A DNA stretch of 57,494 nucleotides, counting the filler, from Dugesia japonica (lineage: Eukaryota): NCBI GenBank assembly GCA_001938525.1. It is 5 parts of 5 records of this genome, joined end to end, with 100 filler letters (N's around TTAATTAATTAA, not from the genome) between each part and the next. Parts side by side here need not be neighbours in the genome. Positions count along the whole stretch, not along the records: positions 9,625 to 21,098 come from MQRL01612674.1; positions 21,199 to 29,857 come from MQRL01625757.1; positions 29,958 to 48,479 come from MQRL01622135.1; 2 more parts are not named here. One strand, 5' to 3'. Below the pieces are notes generated by a model. It was not told the DNA's origin and searched no databases. It saw nothing but the letters and a program-made list of their open reading frames with translations. The translations under genes and the position numbers were made by a program. Shown piece after piece: positions 20,310 to 31,727 of this stretch (within the stretch, counting starts at the first letter, position 1; each line of letters opens with the position of its first letter).

Positions 20310-21098
20310 TAGTTTTGGCTAAAAATGGAAATATTCCTGTTACCATTTTCCAATTCACCTTTTTCTCTCTTTTGTATATATCAAGACATGCGAACAATTG
20401 AGTAATCACTACCCGGGTTACCGAAATTATCAGCATAACCCCCAACAATCCTGCCATTGCTTGACCAAATATTATAAATCTTCCCCACATTTTCCGCATG
20501 ACATTTTCGGTGGCTTTTTGGAAATGATCCGCGGATAAGAGTGCATCGTAGTTTACCCGTCCATCCATGTTAGTCCCACTGGTTAGTTGTACTATGTTTG
20601 ATAGAATCTGCATCCTTCGGACTGGAAATAACATATATTCTCTGGCTTTCTCTAAGTCTTCTTTACTATAGATTCTTCCTTTATTTACGTCGATTGGGGT
20701 GAATTGCATACCCCGTTTAGTCGTAACATTGAAAATTTTCGTGGTTCGACTCCTACTGCCATTCGTTGAGGAAATCCTATCCATGAAAAATCTGTCATTT
20801 CGTATTGTAGTCCAAATACATTGGAGCAATTTATGATATTCGGCCTATAGCCCAATGGCGATATTTTTCGAGTGATTGGTTGTACATACCGCTTTTCATT
20901 GTTGTGGATGATTTCTATCTCGTTGTAGCAGTGCTTTGGATTGGAGGAAAATTCTGCATCTATCACCTTGCATTTGTATAGGTACATTACCTCCCCTATC
21001 ACTCGACCGAATTGTCCTTTCTCCAACGGAAGTAGTGGGGTGACACTATCAGGGTTTGTAACTGCCATCGCTAATTTTGTTTTTAATTTATTTTTTTT
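20310..21098 (-). pseudogene. C-terminal half of a chuvirus (Jingchuvirales)-like glycoprotein / env
   Basis: GEVMYLYKC..V..CYNE....YVQPITR..G...C....Y...W, then after a frameshift near 20720: G.IYS.EDL..AR.YMLFP.RR and MWGRFIIFGQAMAGLLG plus TM. Pattern recognised from chuviral G proteins. The 5' part is cut by the scaffold end. Confidence 0.75.
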
Positions 21099-21142
21099 NN
21101 NNNNNNNNNNNNNNNNNNNNNNNNNNNNNNNNNNNNNNNNNN

Positions 21143-21154
21143 TTAATTAATTAA
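21143..21154. other. Artificial scaffold linker TTAATTAATTAA
   Basis: Same 12-mer within N runs. Confidence 0.95.
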
Positions 21155-21713
21155 NNNNNNNNNNNNNNNNNNNNNNNNNNNNNNNNNNNNNNNNNNNNAT
21201 CGATGGGATGGATTGTCGTTGTTGATTAGCTAAATTAAATGACGAAAACACTTATTATGATTCGATTTGTCATAATTGATTCAACTCTGCTTTTTATGGC
21301 AACCCCCGACTATTCAAAGAATCTCTCATTTTGGGAACAGGGTTTTATCGAGAAATTTACACCAGGGTAATATGTTAGACCAGTCAGGGTTGCATCTAAA
21401 CAAATTAAGGGAAGTTCCAGGTAGGATCCAGACGCGACGACTCAAAATGTNNNNNNNNNNNNNNNNNNNNNNNNNNNNNNNNNNNNNNNNNNNNNNNNNN
21501 NNNNNNNNNNNNNNNNGGTTAAAGAGCGTTATTAATCATTTAAATAAGAATACTCGTAATGTCCATTTATGGAAATTGAATTTATTTCTGCTATATTATA
21601 TTGTTGGGTATTATTGAGTATATAAATCGGTAAACCGGATAATTTACACTCGGGTAATCGAAATTCTACTAAGTCTAAGTTATTAGGAATTATAGCATAG
21701 CAATATTAACAGG

Positions 21714-22185
21714 AAATAAGGTATTTCCATGTTCTTGATTTAATACAAATTGAATTCCAATCACGAACTCTGTTGATTATCGATCAATTTTCTCACAGAG
21801 TCTCTACTCAATTTATCAATATTTGCAATCATTTACCATTTATTTGAAATTTATGATGAAATTGTTTATAACAGTGAAAGATATAAGGTATTTCCATGTT
21901 CATAATTTAATAGAACTATTCCAATCATGAACTATGTTGATTATCGATCAATTTTCTCACAGAGTTTCTACTCAATTTATTAATATTTGTAATTATTTAC
22001 CATTATTTACCATTTATTTGAAACTTATGATGAAATTGTTTATAACAGTGAAAGATATAAGGTATTCCCATGTTCATAATTAAATAGAACTATTCTATGC
22101 TATAAATAGAACTATTCCAATCATGAACTCTGTTGATTGTCATTCAATTTACTTACCATTATTTACCATTTATTTGAAACCTATA
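21714..22185. repeat. ~170-bp tandem repeat, about 2.5 copies
   Basis: ATAAGGTATTTCCATGTTC...TTATGATGAAATTGTTTATAACAGTGAAAG recurs near 21715, 21883 and 22056. Confidence 0.8.
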
Positions 22186-22819
22186 ATAATAACCCGAATA
22201 ATCATTTCAATTGTTATGCTAAAGCGTGAAATGTATCACATTTTTTCTCCAAAAATAAGATCCTATTTTGCAATAATTTTTAATCAAAAAAAGCCCATAT
22301 TTTCTTGATTAGATAAAATTTTGTAAAAAAAGAGTTTTTAAGTAGTTTTTATGAGATAATGTTTATGCTAGAAGAAGCTACCTAATATTGACTTATCTCA
22401 TTTGCTTGTTCACGATTTAATAGTCTNNNNNNNNNNNNNNNNNNNNNNNNNNNNNNNNNNNNNNNNNNNNNNNNNNAATTGTTATGCTAAAGCGTGAAAT
22501 GTATCACAATTTTTCTCCAAAAATAAGATCCTATTTTGCAATAATTTTTAATCAAAGAGCCCATATTTTCTTGATTAGATAAAATTTTGTAAAAAAGATT
22601 TTTTAAGTAGTTTTTAAGAGATAATGTTTATGCTAGAAGAAGCTACCTAATATTGACTTATCTCATTTGCTTGTTCACGATTTAATAGTCTCCTGACTAT
22701 GGGCATCCATCCTGGAAACCACAAAAATTTTCGACTACTCCATGATGGTCTTTAGAGTTATCAAAGTGACTCTGATTTTCTAACGAAATGTTTGTGCTCC
22801 TGGGCCTGCAATCTGGTTC

Positions 22820-22936
22820 AGGAATGTAATTTTCTGCAGCAACACTTCTAATAGAACGTGTTCCATATACTTGCGAAATAATATCTAATTTTTGTTTAGT
22901 TGACGGTTGATTGTATTTTCCTTTCTTATTACTCAT
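22820..22936 (-). pseudogene. Possible pogo/Tigger-type HTH remnant
   Basis: KQKLDIISQVYGTRSIRSVAAENYIPE resembles the N-terminal HTH of such transposases. No catalytic domain seen. Confidence 0.3.
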
Positions 22937-23719
22937 TTTTCTTATATTGATTCAAACATTTATATACAAAAATCGGCAGTAAATAACCATAAAACTAAAT
23001 AAATATATAAACCAGCATATATCGTTTGTATTTACAACAGAAAAACATTTAAAGCATCTTCAAACTTATAAGAACCTGGCGACTAGGTGTAAGTTAAATA
23101 TAGTAATAACATTTAATACATCCGTTCAATTTTTACTTTATTTTGATGCTTCATTGTGGAGTAAGTTCGACCCATACTGTTTCCAGAACATCTTTGACCT
23201 CTTAAACAGGCCCTTCTCCCGGTTGGCATACATCCTAAAGATGTCGATCAAGAGTGCTGTAATTATTTCTGTAAATTCGTGCTTTCAGTGCGCTGACTTC
23301 TCCTTCATCTAAAGTAATTTTTCTTCTGCATCTGGTGGCAGAGCTTGTGATAGAATTTCAATACAGCAACTATTATCATTGTCACTTTCATTGCGATCAG
23401 TAGTCTGAGATATGTTTACTTCATTATCAGATTGGAAACATTTTGTTGTGATTTAGATTCTTTTAACTCCTTTTTGAATATCAGTTTGATATTATTAGCA
23501 ACGGATTTATGTTTGTAGTTCGAATCAGACTTAATGATCTTGATGTAATTAATCTAATCAAATAAATAAAAATAATATTAAGAATTTAAGATATGATTAA
23601 AAGCAGCTGTTATCTATGATTCACAAAGCTCAATCTAATCTTGCTAGATAAAAAAATTTAAATTGTTTATTTCAATTACCAATGTAAGGATAGTTTTGTT
23701 TTAATTTTAGTTCTTTGAA

Positions 23720-24770
23720 GACGTACTGAAAGTATATGTTAGTTTATTTACAAATGTTCCCTTAGATGAAACTATTAATCTTTAATTTGTTAAATGGAAC
23801 TTATTTTAAGAAATTATTTACTTTTGCCAAGTCTAATGTACATTTTTTGTTTAATGATGAATGGCGCAAACAAATTTATGGGGTTGATGTAGGTTCATCT
23901 CTTGTTCCTACTTTAGCTTCTTTGTTTCTTTCGAATATTGAGAAAAAGATTGATTTGCTGACTNNNNNNNNNNNNNNNNNNNNNNNNNNNNNNNNNNNNN
24001 NNNNNNNNNNNNNCAACGGATTTATGTTTGTAGTTCGAATCAGACTTAATGATCTTGATGTAATTAATCTAATCAAATAAATAAAAATAATATTAAGAAT
24101 TTAAGATATGATTAAAAGCAGCTGTTATCTATGATTCACAAAGCTCAATCTAATCTTGCTAGATAAAAAAATTTAAATTGTTTATTTCAATTACCAATGT
24201 AAGGATAGTTTTGTTTTAATTTTAGTTCTTTGAAGACGTACCTAAAGTATATATTAGTTTATTTACAAATGTTCCGTTAGATGAAACTATTAATCTTTAA
24301 TTTGTTAAATGGGACTTATTTTAAGAAATTATTTACTTTTGCCAAATCTAATGTACATTTTTTGTTTAATGATGAATGGCGCAAACAAATCTATGAGGTT
24401 GATATAGGTTCATCTCTTGTTCCTACTTTAGCTTCTTTGTTTCTTTCGAATATTGAGAAAAAGATTGATTTGCTGACTGGAACTAAACCATTTGTGTATA
24501 TGCTTTGGATGATATCATTCTGATTTTTAATAATACGTCTATTGAGTTTTTAAATTATATGAATTTTTTACATAATAACATTAGCTTCACTTGGAAAATG
24601 GATTATAAATTTAAACTTTCCTTGATATCTTGATAGAAAGAAAATCTAATCATTATGAAAGAGATATCACAAACCAACATAAACAGGTTTGAATTCTTCT
24701 GGTAGGTTTTGTGAATCCGGTACATGTATAACATGATTAAAAGACTGTTGTATAGATTGTGGACTCCCTC
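23720..24770 (+). pseudogene. Penelope-like reverse transcriptase remnant, partly duplicated across a gap
   Basis: SLFTNVPLDET-like segment, HFLFNDEWRKQIYGVDVGSSLVPTLASLFLSNIE, a degenerate YxDD and LHNNISFT. Confidence 0.7.
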
Positions 24771-27019
24771 CTCGTCATATTTGAAGTCTTGTGCGAATAT
24801 TCAAAGTTTGACTTTTTTGCTAAATAAAAAGAAAAATTGTAAATCAGTGTTTCTCAACCTTTTCCCATCTTTCCAATGCTTAACAAATTCTCGCCCACAT
24901 AGGCTCCAAAAGTCAAAATTAAAAATAAACCTTATTCTATTTGCGAAATTTATTTCAAGGCATAAATATTTTTCAATGACTACATTGCTGTTGATATCGC
25001 TCTATAAGTTCTAAAATATTCCAAAAATTCNNNNNNNNNNNNNNNNNNNNNNNNNNNNNNNNNNNNNNNNNNNNNNNNNNCCTCGTCATATTTGAAGTCT
25101 TGTGCGAATATTCAAAGTTTGACTTTTTTGCTAAATAAAAAGGAAAATTGTAAATCATTGTTTCTCAACCTTTTTCCATCTACGGCCCACTTCTCAATGC
25201 TTAACAAAGTCCCGCCCACATAGGCTCAAAAAGTCAAAATTAAAAATAAACCTTATTCTATTTGCGAAATTAATTTGAAGGCATAAATATTTTTCAATGA
25301 CTACATTGCTGTTGATATCGCTCTATAAGTTCTAAAATATTCCAAAAATTCGTTTTTATGTTTAAAATGTCAAAAGCACAGTTAAATATAAGTATATAGA
25401 ATTTAAACCAGTAGATTTTATTCGGACCCGTATTTTTCTTAGACCCACATTGATAATCACTGTTGTAAATCAATTGTGAAAAAAAGAACAAATGATAAGT
25501 TCATTTATAATAATAATAATATATACCTCCATTTTAGATTCATCAAGTAAGGACTTATTCTTCACAAAAATTATTAAGTTGATAGAGTAGGGAGGGTGAA
25601 ACCGATTAGAAATTCGCAATTAGTTCAACAACTCAATCACATTTCTCTTGTTATTAACTCCTCCCGGATTTGTGGATATTAAATCCCGGTAAAGATCAAA
25701 TATTTTTCAGAAATTCCATTGATATTTCGGCATTATTCTTGCCGAAAATTGATCTTGTTTCTTTCTTATGGAAAGAATGATAACCTTTTCCTTGTGAAAT
25801 CCAGAGCCTTGATGCACTGAAACATAGTAGAAATTGAACTGCAAATCCCCCTGTTTTCTAGTTCGTTTTGGATTGAAATATTAGTGCAGTCCTTATCAAA
25901 TAAAATTCTTATTTTCAACATTAGAGCATCATAAATGGCTTCTGCTCACCCTAGCGTAGGTTACTTTTTCTTGCAATTTCTTTTCACGTGTCAGCATAGT
26001 AGAAACAGTTTAAATTATCTCCTTTGTAATACTAGGTCGTCATCGCCTTGTTTCTTAATTTCCATTCATGGTCAAAAATCTTTCTCTTTTATACAACAAC
26101 AACCTTTAATATTTTGACAGCGACATTGATGAAAAAAAACACAAGTTTTATTGTTCCAGTATCTGTTTGCAAATGCTAGATTGAGCTTTTGTTGAACTAA
26201 ATATGGTTTATAGTTTTCAAACAAACGCTTTAAGTTATTGTAACAAATATTTTATACTTATGAAATACCTCGTAATTCAAATAATTTTCTTGAAATGAAA
26301 CTTGGCCAACTTGAATTTCCAATTTTATTGCTGCAATCAAATTAAATACAAAATAAAATGCCTAAAAGGCTTAGTTAATATAAAATGCTACTTTTATTAA
26401 AGGTTTAACAACAAATATCAAGCTATTGGAAACAATTATAATAAATTTATTACTGTAAAATTAAAATTAATTGTGGATAATTATTCAACAATTATTTATA
26501 TAAAAAGTATACAGTAAACATCTAGTAATAAAAATTGTTAATAAAATGAACCAAAAATGTTACAAAAGTATTACAATTACAATTGTTGGATATTTCTACT
26601 CAACAAAATATTTTATGGTTCGGATATTAATACTATAAGATAGCTGTAAAAAATTTTGATATCTATTGAAATAGGATAGTAATATATAATTTACGGGTGT
26701 TTCATTTTTTGTTGTTAATATCGTATGTTTATACTGCAATATAATTAAATAAAACGTTCATAAATAGGGTAATACATATATATTCAATATCTTATCTAAA
26801 TAAAATAACACACCTTACAATAACTCTTTACATGTAACTTAAATAACTTATTAGCAATATATTAATTTAAACGAGAACTACTTCCTTGAGAGATTAGAGT
26901 CTCGATAAATTTTTAAAGTTAAAAAATTAACTGAAACAGATCAGTATTTATACTGATCTGAATTTGTGGGCCATTTTTGCTTACATAATAAAAGAAATAC
27001 TACCATATTATCATTATTT

Positions 27020-29458
27020 TCACCATTCAATATATTTTGATGTTTCTATGTTATCTACAAATTGAAAATCTTTATATTGTAAAGGCTGTGTTAAGGCCCA
27101 ACCATATAAATTATTTAAATAAATGTAAAGCAGTGAGATATTCTCATCTGCCTGAACGTAATTGGTATTGACAAATGTCATGTATCCACGAATTCCCGAC
27201 TTAAATAGCCGATGGATTTCTGGATCCTCTAGCAAATTCCAACTGAATATCCATCGTCTTGAGAGCTCTTGACCAGCTCAATTCCGGTAAGGAAACCAAT
27301 CTAAGTATCTCCAGTCCATGCTCCTCAAGTGCCTTTCTTCTTAATGTTTCAAACACATCAGCCAACAAATAAATGTCTAGCTTCATATTCTCCAGCAGAT
27401 TATTACTTCCAGATTTGACCTATGCTAACTTTGTAATTTCATATTCGGAATCTGTGATTTCTGACCAGGGTAGACATGTTTCATTAATCAGCATCTCATA
27501 AGACGTTGCGAATTTTTAAGGAAATATGCCTTTACCCTTGTGTCCATATTGCGGAAATTCTGATGCTGTCAATGTACATTTCTCAAGTGTTGCAGTCAAT
27601 GACGCCAAGAAACTGCTTAGAAATTGTTATGAATCAATGAATCGCACTGTAATATGTGCGAACCACCAACATGTACAAACATTGCAAGAAATTTTTCTTT
27701 TGTCTGTTTAATCGGCTTGACATTCCAATGGTTAAACTGATTCAAGGCACACTTGATAATATAATACGAATCATAACCCTTAAAGTTATGAAATACCACT
27801 GGCAACTCTATTCTGATCTTCCGAGATAAGTTGCACTGATTGCACGCAGCTCCAAGGTACTTGCCGGAAAAATGGTCATGATTCCGAACTAGTATTTTAT
27901 TTGCCTTTTCACACATGTAACAATGTATACTATTCATAAATACCCCCTGTTCTGATGTTGACAAATTCATTTCCATTCTCATTCATCTTTTACCAGGGTG
28001 CAACCATATTTTTCGCCAACTGATCAATGCACTGGAAAAACTAAACCATACAATTTTCTTCAGCAAAAGAATAATATTTGCATTTTTTCGTACAGTACAA
28101 CAATGGAACTAGCAAAAGCCCTACAGCTATTGGAACATGTTTTACTCTATCATCATCTTCTGGGATCAGGATTGCTTCAATATCTGCATAAATAACAAAC
28201 GCTGTTATTGTTTTTCCAAAATCCTTGAACCGCAATTCCTTATCTTCCGGCATTGTATACAAGGTTATTTCAGTGATTATGTAACATCAAATGTAGCCTG
28301 TGAATAAAATCCGTGAAGACACTTAGGACACCATTTTCTTTCTATTCGATATTTCAGAGTCCGATCCTTCAAACTTAATAAACGATCTAAATTTACCACA
28401 GCTGTGTAATGAAAGTTTTGCACATTTTCCAAAATCAGTAAATTCAGAGTACGTCCATTTGGGTTTTTCGATAGGAAAATTACATCCCCATATGGATTTT
28501 TGTACAAAATCGCGTCATCTTCTTCATCTACCAAATCATTATATTTAAATACCGTGATGGACAAATCGTTTCTCCTTTCAAACTCTGGAATATTGATTAG
28601 CTTCGTCGGCATTTTCTGGTCATCGTAAAGCAAATCATTTAGGAAGCATTCATATTTTTGCGGACGATCACGATGATCATATTTTAATACTGCCAGTATT
28701 CTGTATACGAAACACATTATCTGTGTTGTGAACATTCACTATTGCATAGAATCTATGTAATGATCCAGTACTTTTGATATATGATCGTCCATATAAATAA
28801 ATTACTGAAGAAAATTTCACCATAATAAATCTCAACTGCATATTTTGATATATGATCGTCCATATAAATAAATTACTGAAGAAAATTTCACCATAATAAA
28901 TCTCAACTGCAGTATTCTTTTGATCTTCCATCTACTACTTAATTCAGAATACGTGAAAATTTCTTCATTTGCTTTTTCTGTTATTTTCTGTAAAAACTAA
29001 TCTGAATATATCATGGCTTTGTATGACCATCTCCTTCTCTTGATCATCCTCCTCTTTTCGAATTCGACATGAATTCCAAATTGAACTTNNNNNNNNNNNN
29101 NNNNNNNNNNNNCTTCCTCGATCTTATTTCTGATATAAACAGGCACATAAACACTTTTCATTTCCCACTGCTCTACCTTAAACTGAAGACTAACATAGGC
29201 TTCATTAAAATCAGTTTTCCTGACATATTCACCAATAATTGTTGTTATTCTTTTCTTCTCCTTTTCCACATGTTCTTCCCAAAATTGATATTTTCGTTTT
29301 CTTATCTCCATATTTTTCTTAAAAGATTGTTGCTCATCATCAATTTGTTTATAGCAAATTGATGATGAATCAACCAATCTGCCTATTGAAAAAGAATTCT
29401 TTTTATTAAATGTAAGTTGTTGTTTATTATCATCAGATGATGATGATAAATCAAGCAA
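27020..29458 (-). pseudogene. Second, heavily degenerate Polinton pPolB (N-terminus through motif A)
   Basis: Fragments collinear with the intact pPolB: CFVYRILA/FHYTAV, FVIYADIEA, CYMC..NHDHFSGKYLGAACNQCN..VFHNFKGYDS, MKLDIYLLADVFE, GIRG, NNLYGWALTQPL. Many frameshifts and a ~68-bp tandem duplication at 28772-28911. Confidence 0.9.
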
Positions 29459-29901
29459 CCCTTCTATACTGAAATCACTCTTTTTATTAATTTCCTTATT
29501 TCCTATAATACTACAAATTGAAAAAGGCAGATTAGTATGTTTAATAGATGAACTATTAAAAACTACAGGGCGCTGCCAATAATTATTAATATATTCATTG
29601 TTTTTTTTATTTTACATGGATTTTTCGATACCTGTAATCAAAAGAAATTATCTTTGTTAATTATAAAAACTTTTAATACCAGAAAAATAAAATAAGTAAA
29701 ATATTTATTTTCATTCATAAACATAAGTAATTATAACTTCGCAATTTTTTTATTTGAAAGAGCTTCTAAAATAACTCTTCTTCTCAAACTCAATTCAATG
29801 GATTACCATCATAGTAAATAAAATGAATTTTAATATAATAAAATTTTTTTTAATTTANNNNNNNNNNNNNNNNNNNNNNNNNNNNNNNNNNNNNNNNNNN
29901 N

Positions 29902-29913
29902 TTAATTAATTAA
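29902..29913. other. Artificial scaffold linker TTAATTAATTAA
   Basis: Same 12-mer within N runs. Confidence 0.95.
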
Positions 29914-31727
29914 NNNNNNNNNNNNNNNNNNNNNNNNNNNNNNNNNNNNNNNNNNNNTTTATATCATTTGTTTTATTGACATACATACTTTTCAAATTAA
30001 TTGAATTCTTCTCATTTAAATTATGTCATTTCTTATTGACTACACAAACAAATTAAAATTCTGTTTTAATTGGTGATCATTTTTCATATCTTAAAATTTT
30101 ACATAAAATTTTTACATTATCATTAAATCGTCATTTAACATTTTAAAACAAATACTCACACGTTATTTAAATTTTAAAATAAATGCTCATATGTTATTTA
30201 AATCGTCATTTAAAATTTGAAAACAAATACTCAAACGTTATTTAAATTTTAAAACAAATACTTATATGTTCTTTAAATTTTCATCAAAAATTCAAATATT
30301 TTTCAACAAAAAGATTTTATGAAAAATGATCTTCAACCACACAAAAATTTCAATTATCTTTACAAAACATACTCACAAGGGTTTATACTGATTTTCCAAC
30401 AAAATAACTCTCATACAAACATAATCAATAAATATAAAATACAATACATGCAATTTCTAAATAATTTCGTCTCAATAGAGCATTTATGCCATAGAATCGG
30501 CATCATCTTCGTTAGATGAAAAGTTATAAAATAGTGAAAGAGTTTAAATGAAAGAAGAGGATATGATTTTGAGCAATGAAAAAGAAAAAAATGGAACGAA
30601 ACAGAGAATTAAATCGATGACTACTAAAAAACAATTACAAGCATAACCAACTGACCATGAAATATCGCCACCTATATAAATTATTAAAATGGGATCTGAG
30701 AACGATGTTACAAGAAAATAATAATTAGAAACGAAAAATCAATACAATTTTTGAGTGTTATTACGTTATTTTATTGCTATTATTGAAAGTCCAAGAACAG
30801 GAAAAATCCACGATCAACATTTGTGATGAACTTTAATAGTATGAACGATTCTGAGAGTCCACTTAATTGAATATCAAATGTTTATCTATAATTTCTAATT
30901 TATTATGTTTATTCAGTTATTATTTCAGTAAATGAAATATAACCTGTACCCAGCCAATTTTTAAAGAGCAGAATAAAAAGTAACGGGCAGAGAAGACATT
31001 GATCAAGAACTAGGAAAAAAGACTCAAGAAACAGAACAAACCAATCAAATGGCAAGCATCGAATTAACAGAAATCAAGAACTAACGCTTTCGCCCAACAA
31101 GTAGCTAGTGATCAGCATTGTAAATTCAAACATAAAGATAAAAGCAGCTCAAGCCGCAATAAACTTGGCAGTCAAAATGAAAGATAAAACTGTAATAACG
31201 AAGTGATGTAATTTTGAGCCAAAAAGTGGGGAAAATGAACATAAAATCTAATTGCAACCAGCCAGGTCATGTTTCAAAATCAACAAAAGAATTAAGTACG
31301 AATTTAGTACTTAGTTCTAATTTTAGAAGTAATTAATAAAAAGATTATAATATTTTAGTTATTTTTTGATTTTTGGCTTAGTCAATTTAAAAGTCATTTA
31401 TTGTTTAATATATTTTAACCATTATTATTTATTTAAATTGGTTTTATTTTTGTCAAAAATATTACTTAATAAATTAAAAACTATAAATAAATTATAGACA
31501 ACTATAGCTAAATAACAAAGAGATGCTTTATTTATCCTTTTCATTCGATTAATATAAATTTAAAGTCATAATTAAAAAATCTAACTTGAATTTTATTTGT
31601 TTAACTCAATTAAATTTAAAATTCTAAGTTCTTAATAAACGAAGTTCAATTTAAAAAAAAATTGTTAAACGGAATTTGACATTTTTAAAATTTAATTTCT
31701 CGATGTCAAAATTATTATAATTATAAA

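Larger units (their letters stand above)
9626..21098 (-). mobile_element. Large decayed Gypsy/Ty3-type LTR retroelement with envelope-like and accessory genes (5' part missing)
   Basis: PR-RT-IN order, chuvirus-like glycoprotein, IAP and coiled-coil accessory ORFs, all on the minus strand. Many in-frame stops and a few frameshifts. Confidence 0.9.

Noticed and set aside
1-21098. Polinton and the env/IAP retroelement as one composite virus
   Set aside because: The Polinton ends at 7728, and an artificial linker at 9569 separates the two scaffolds.
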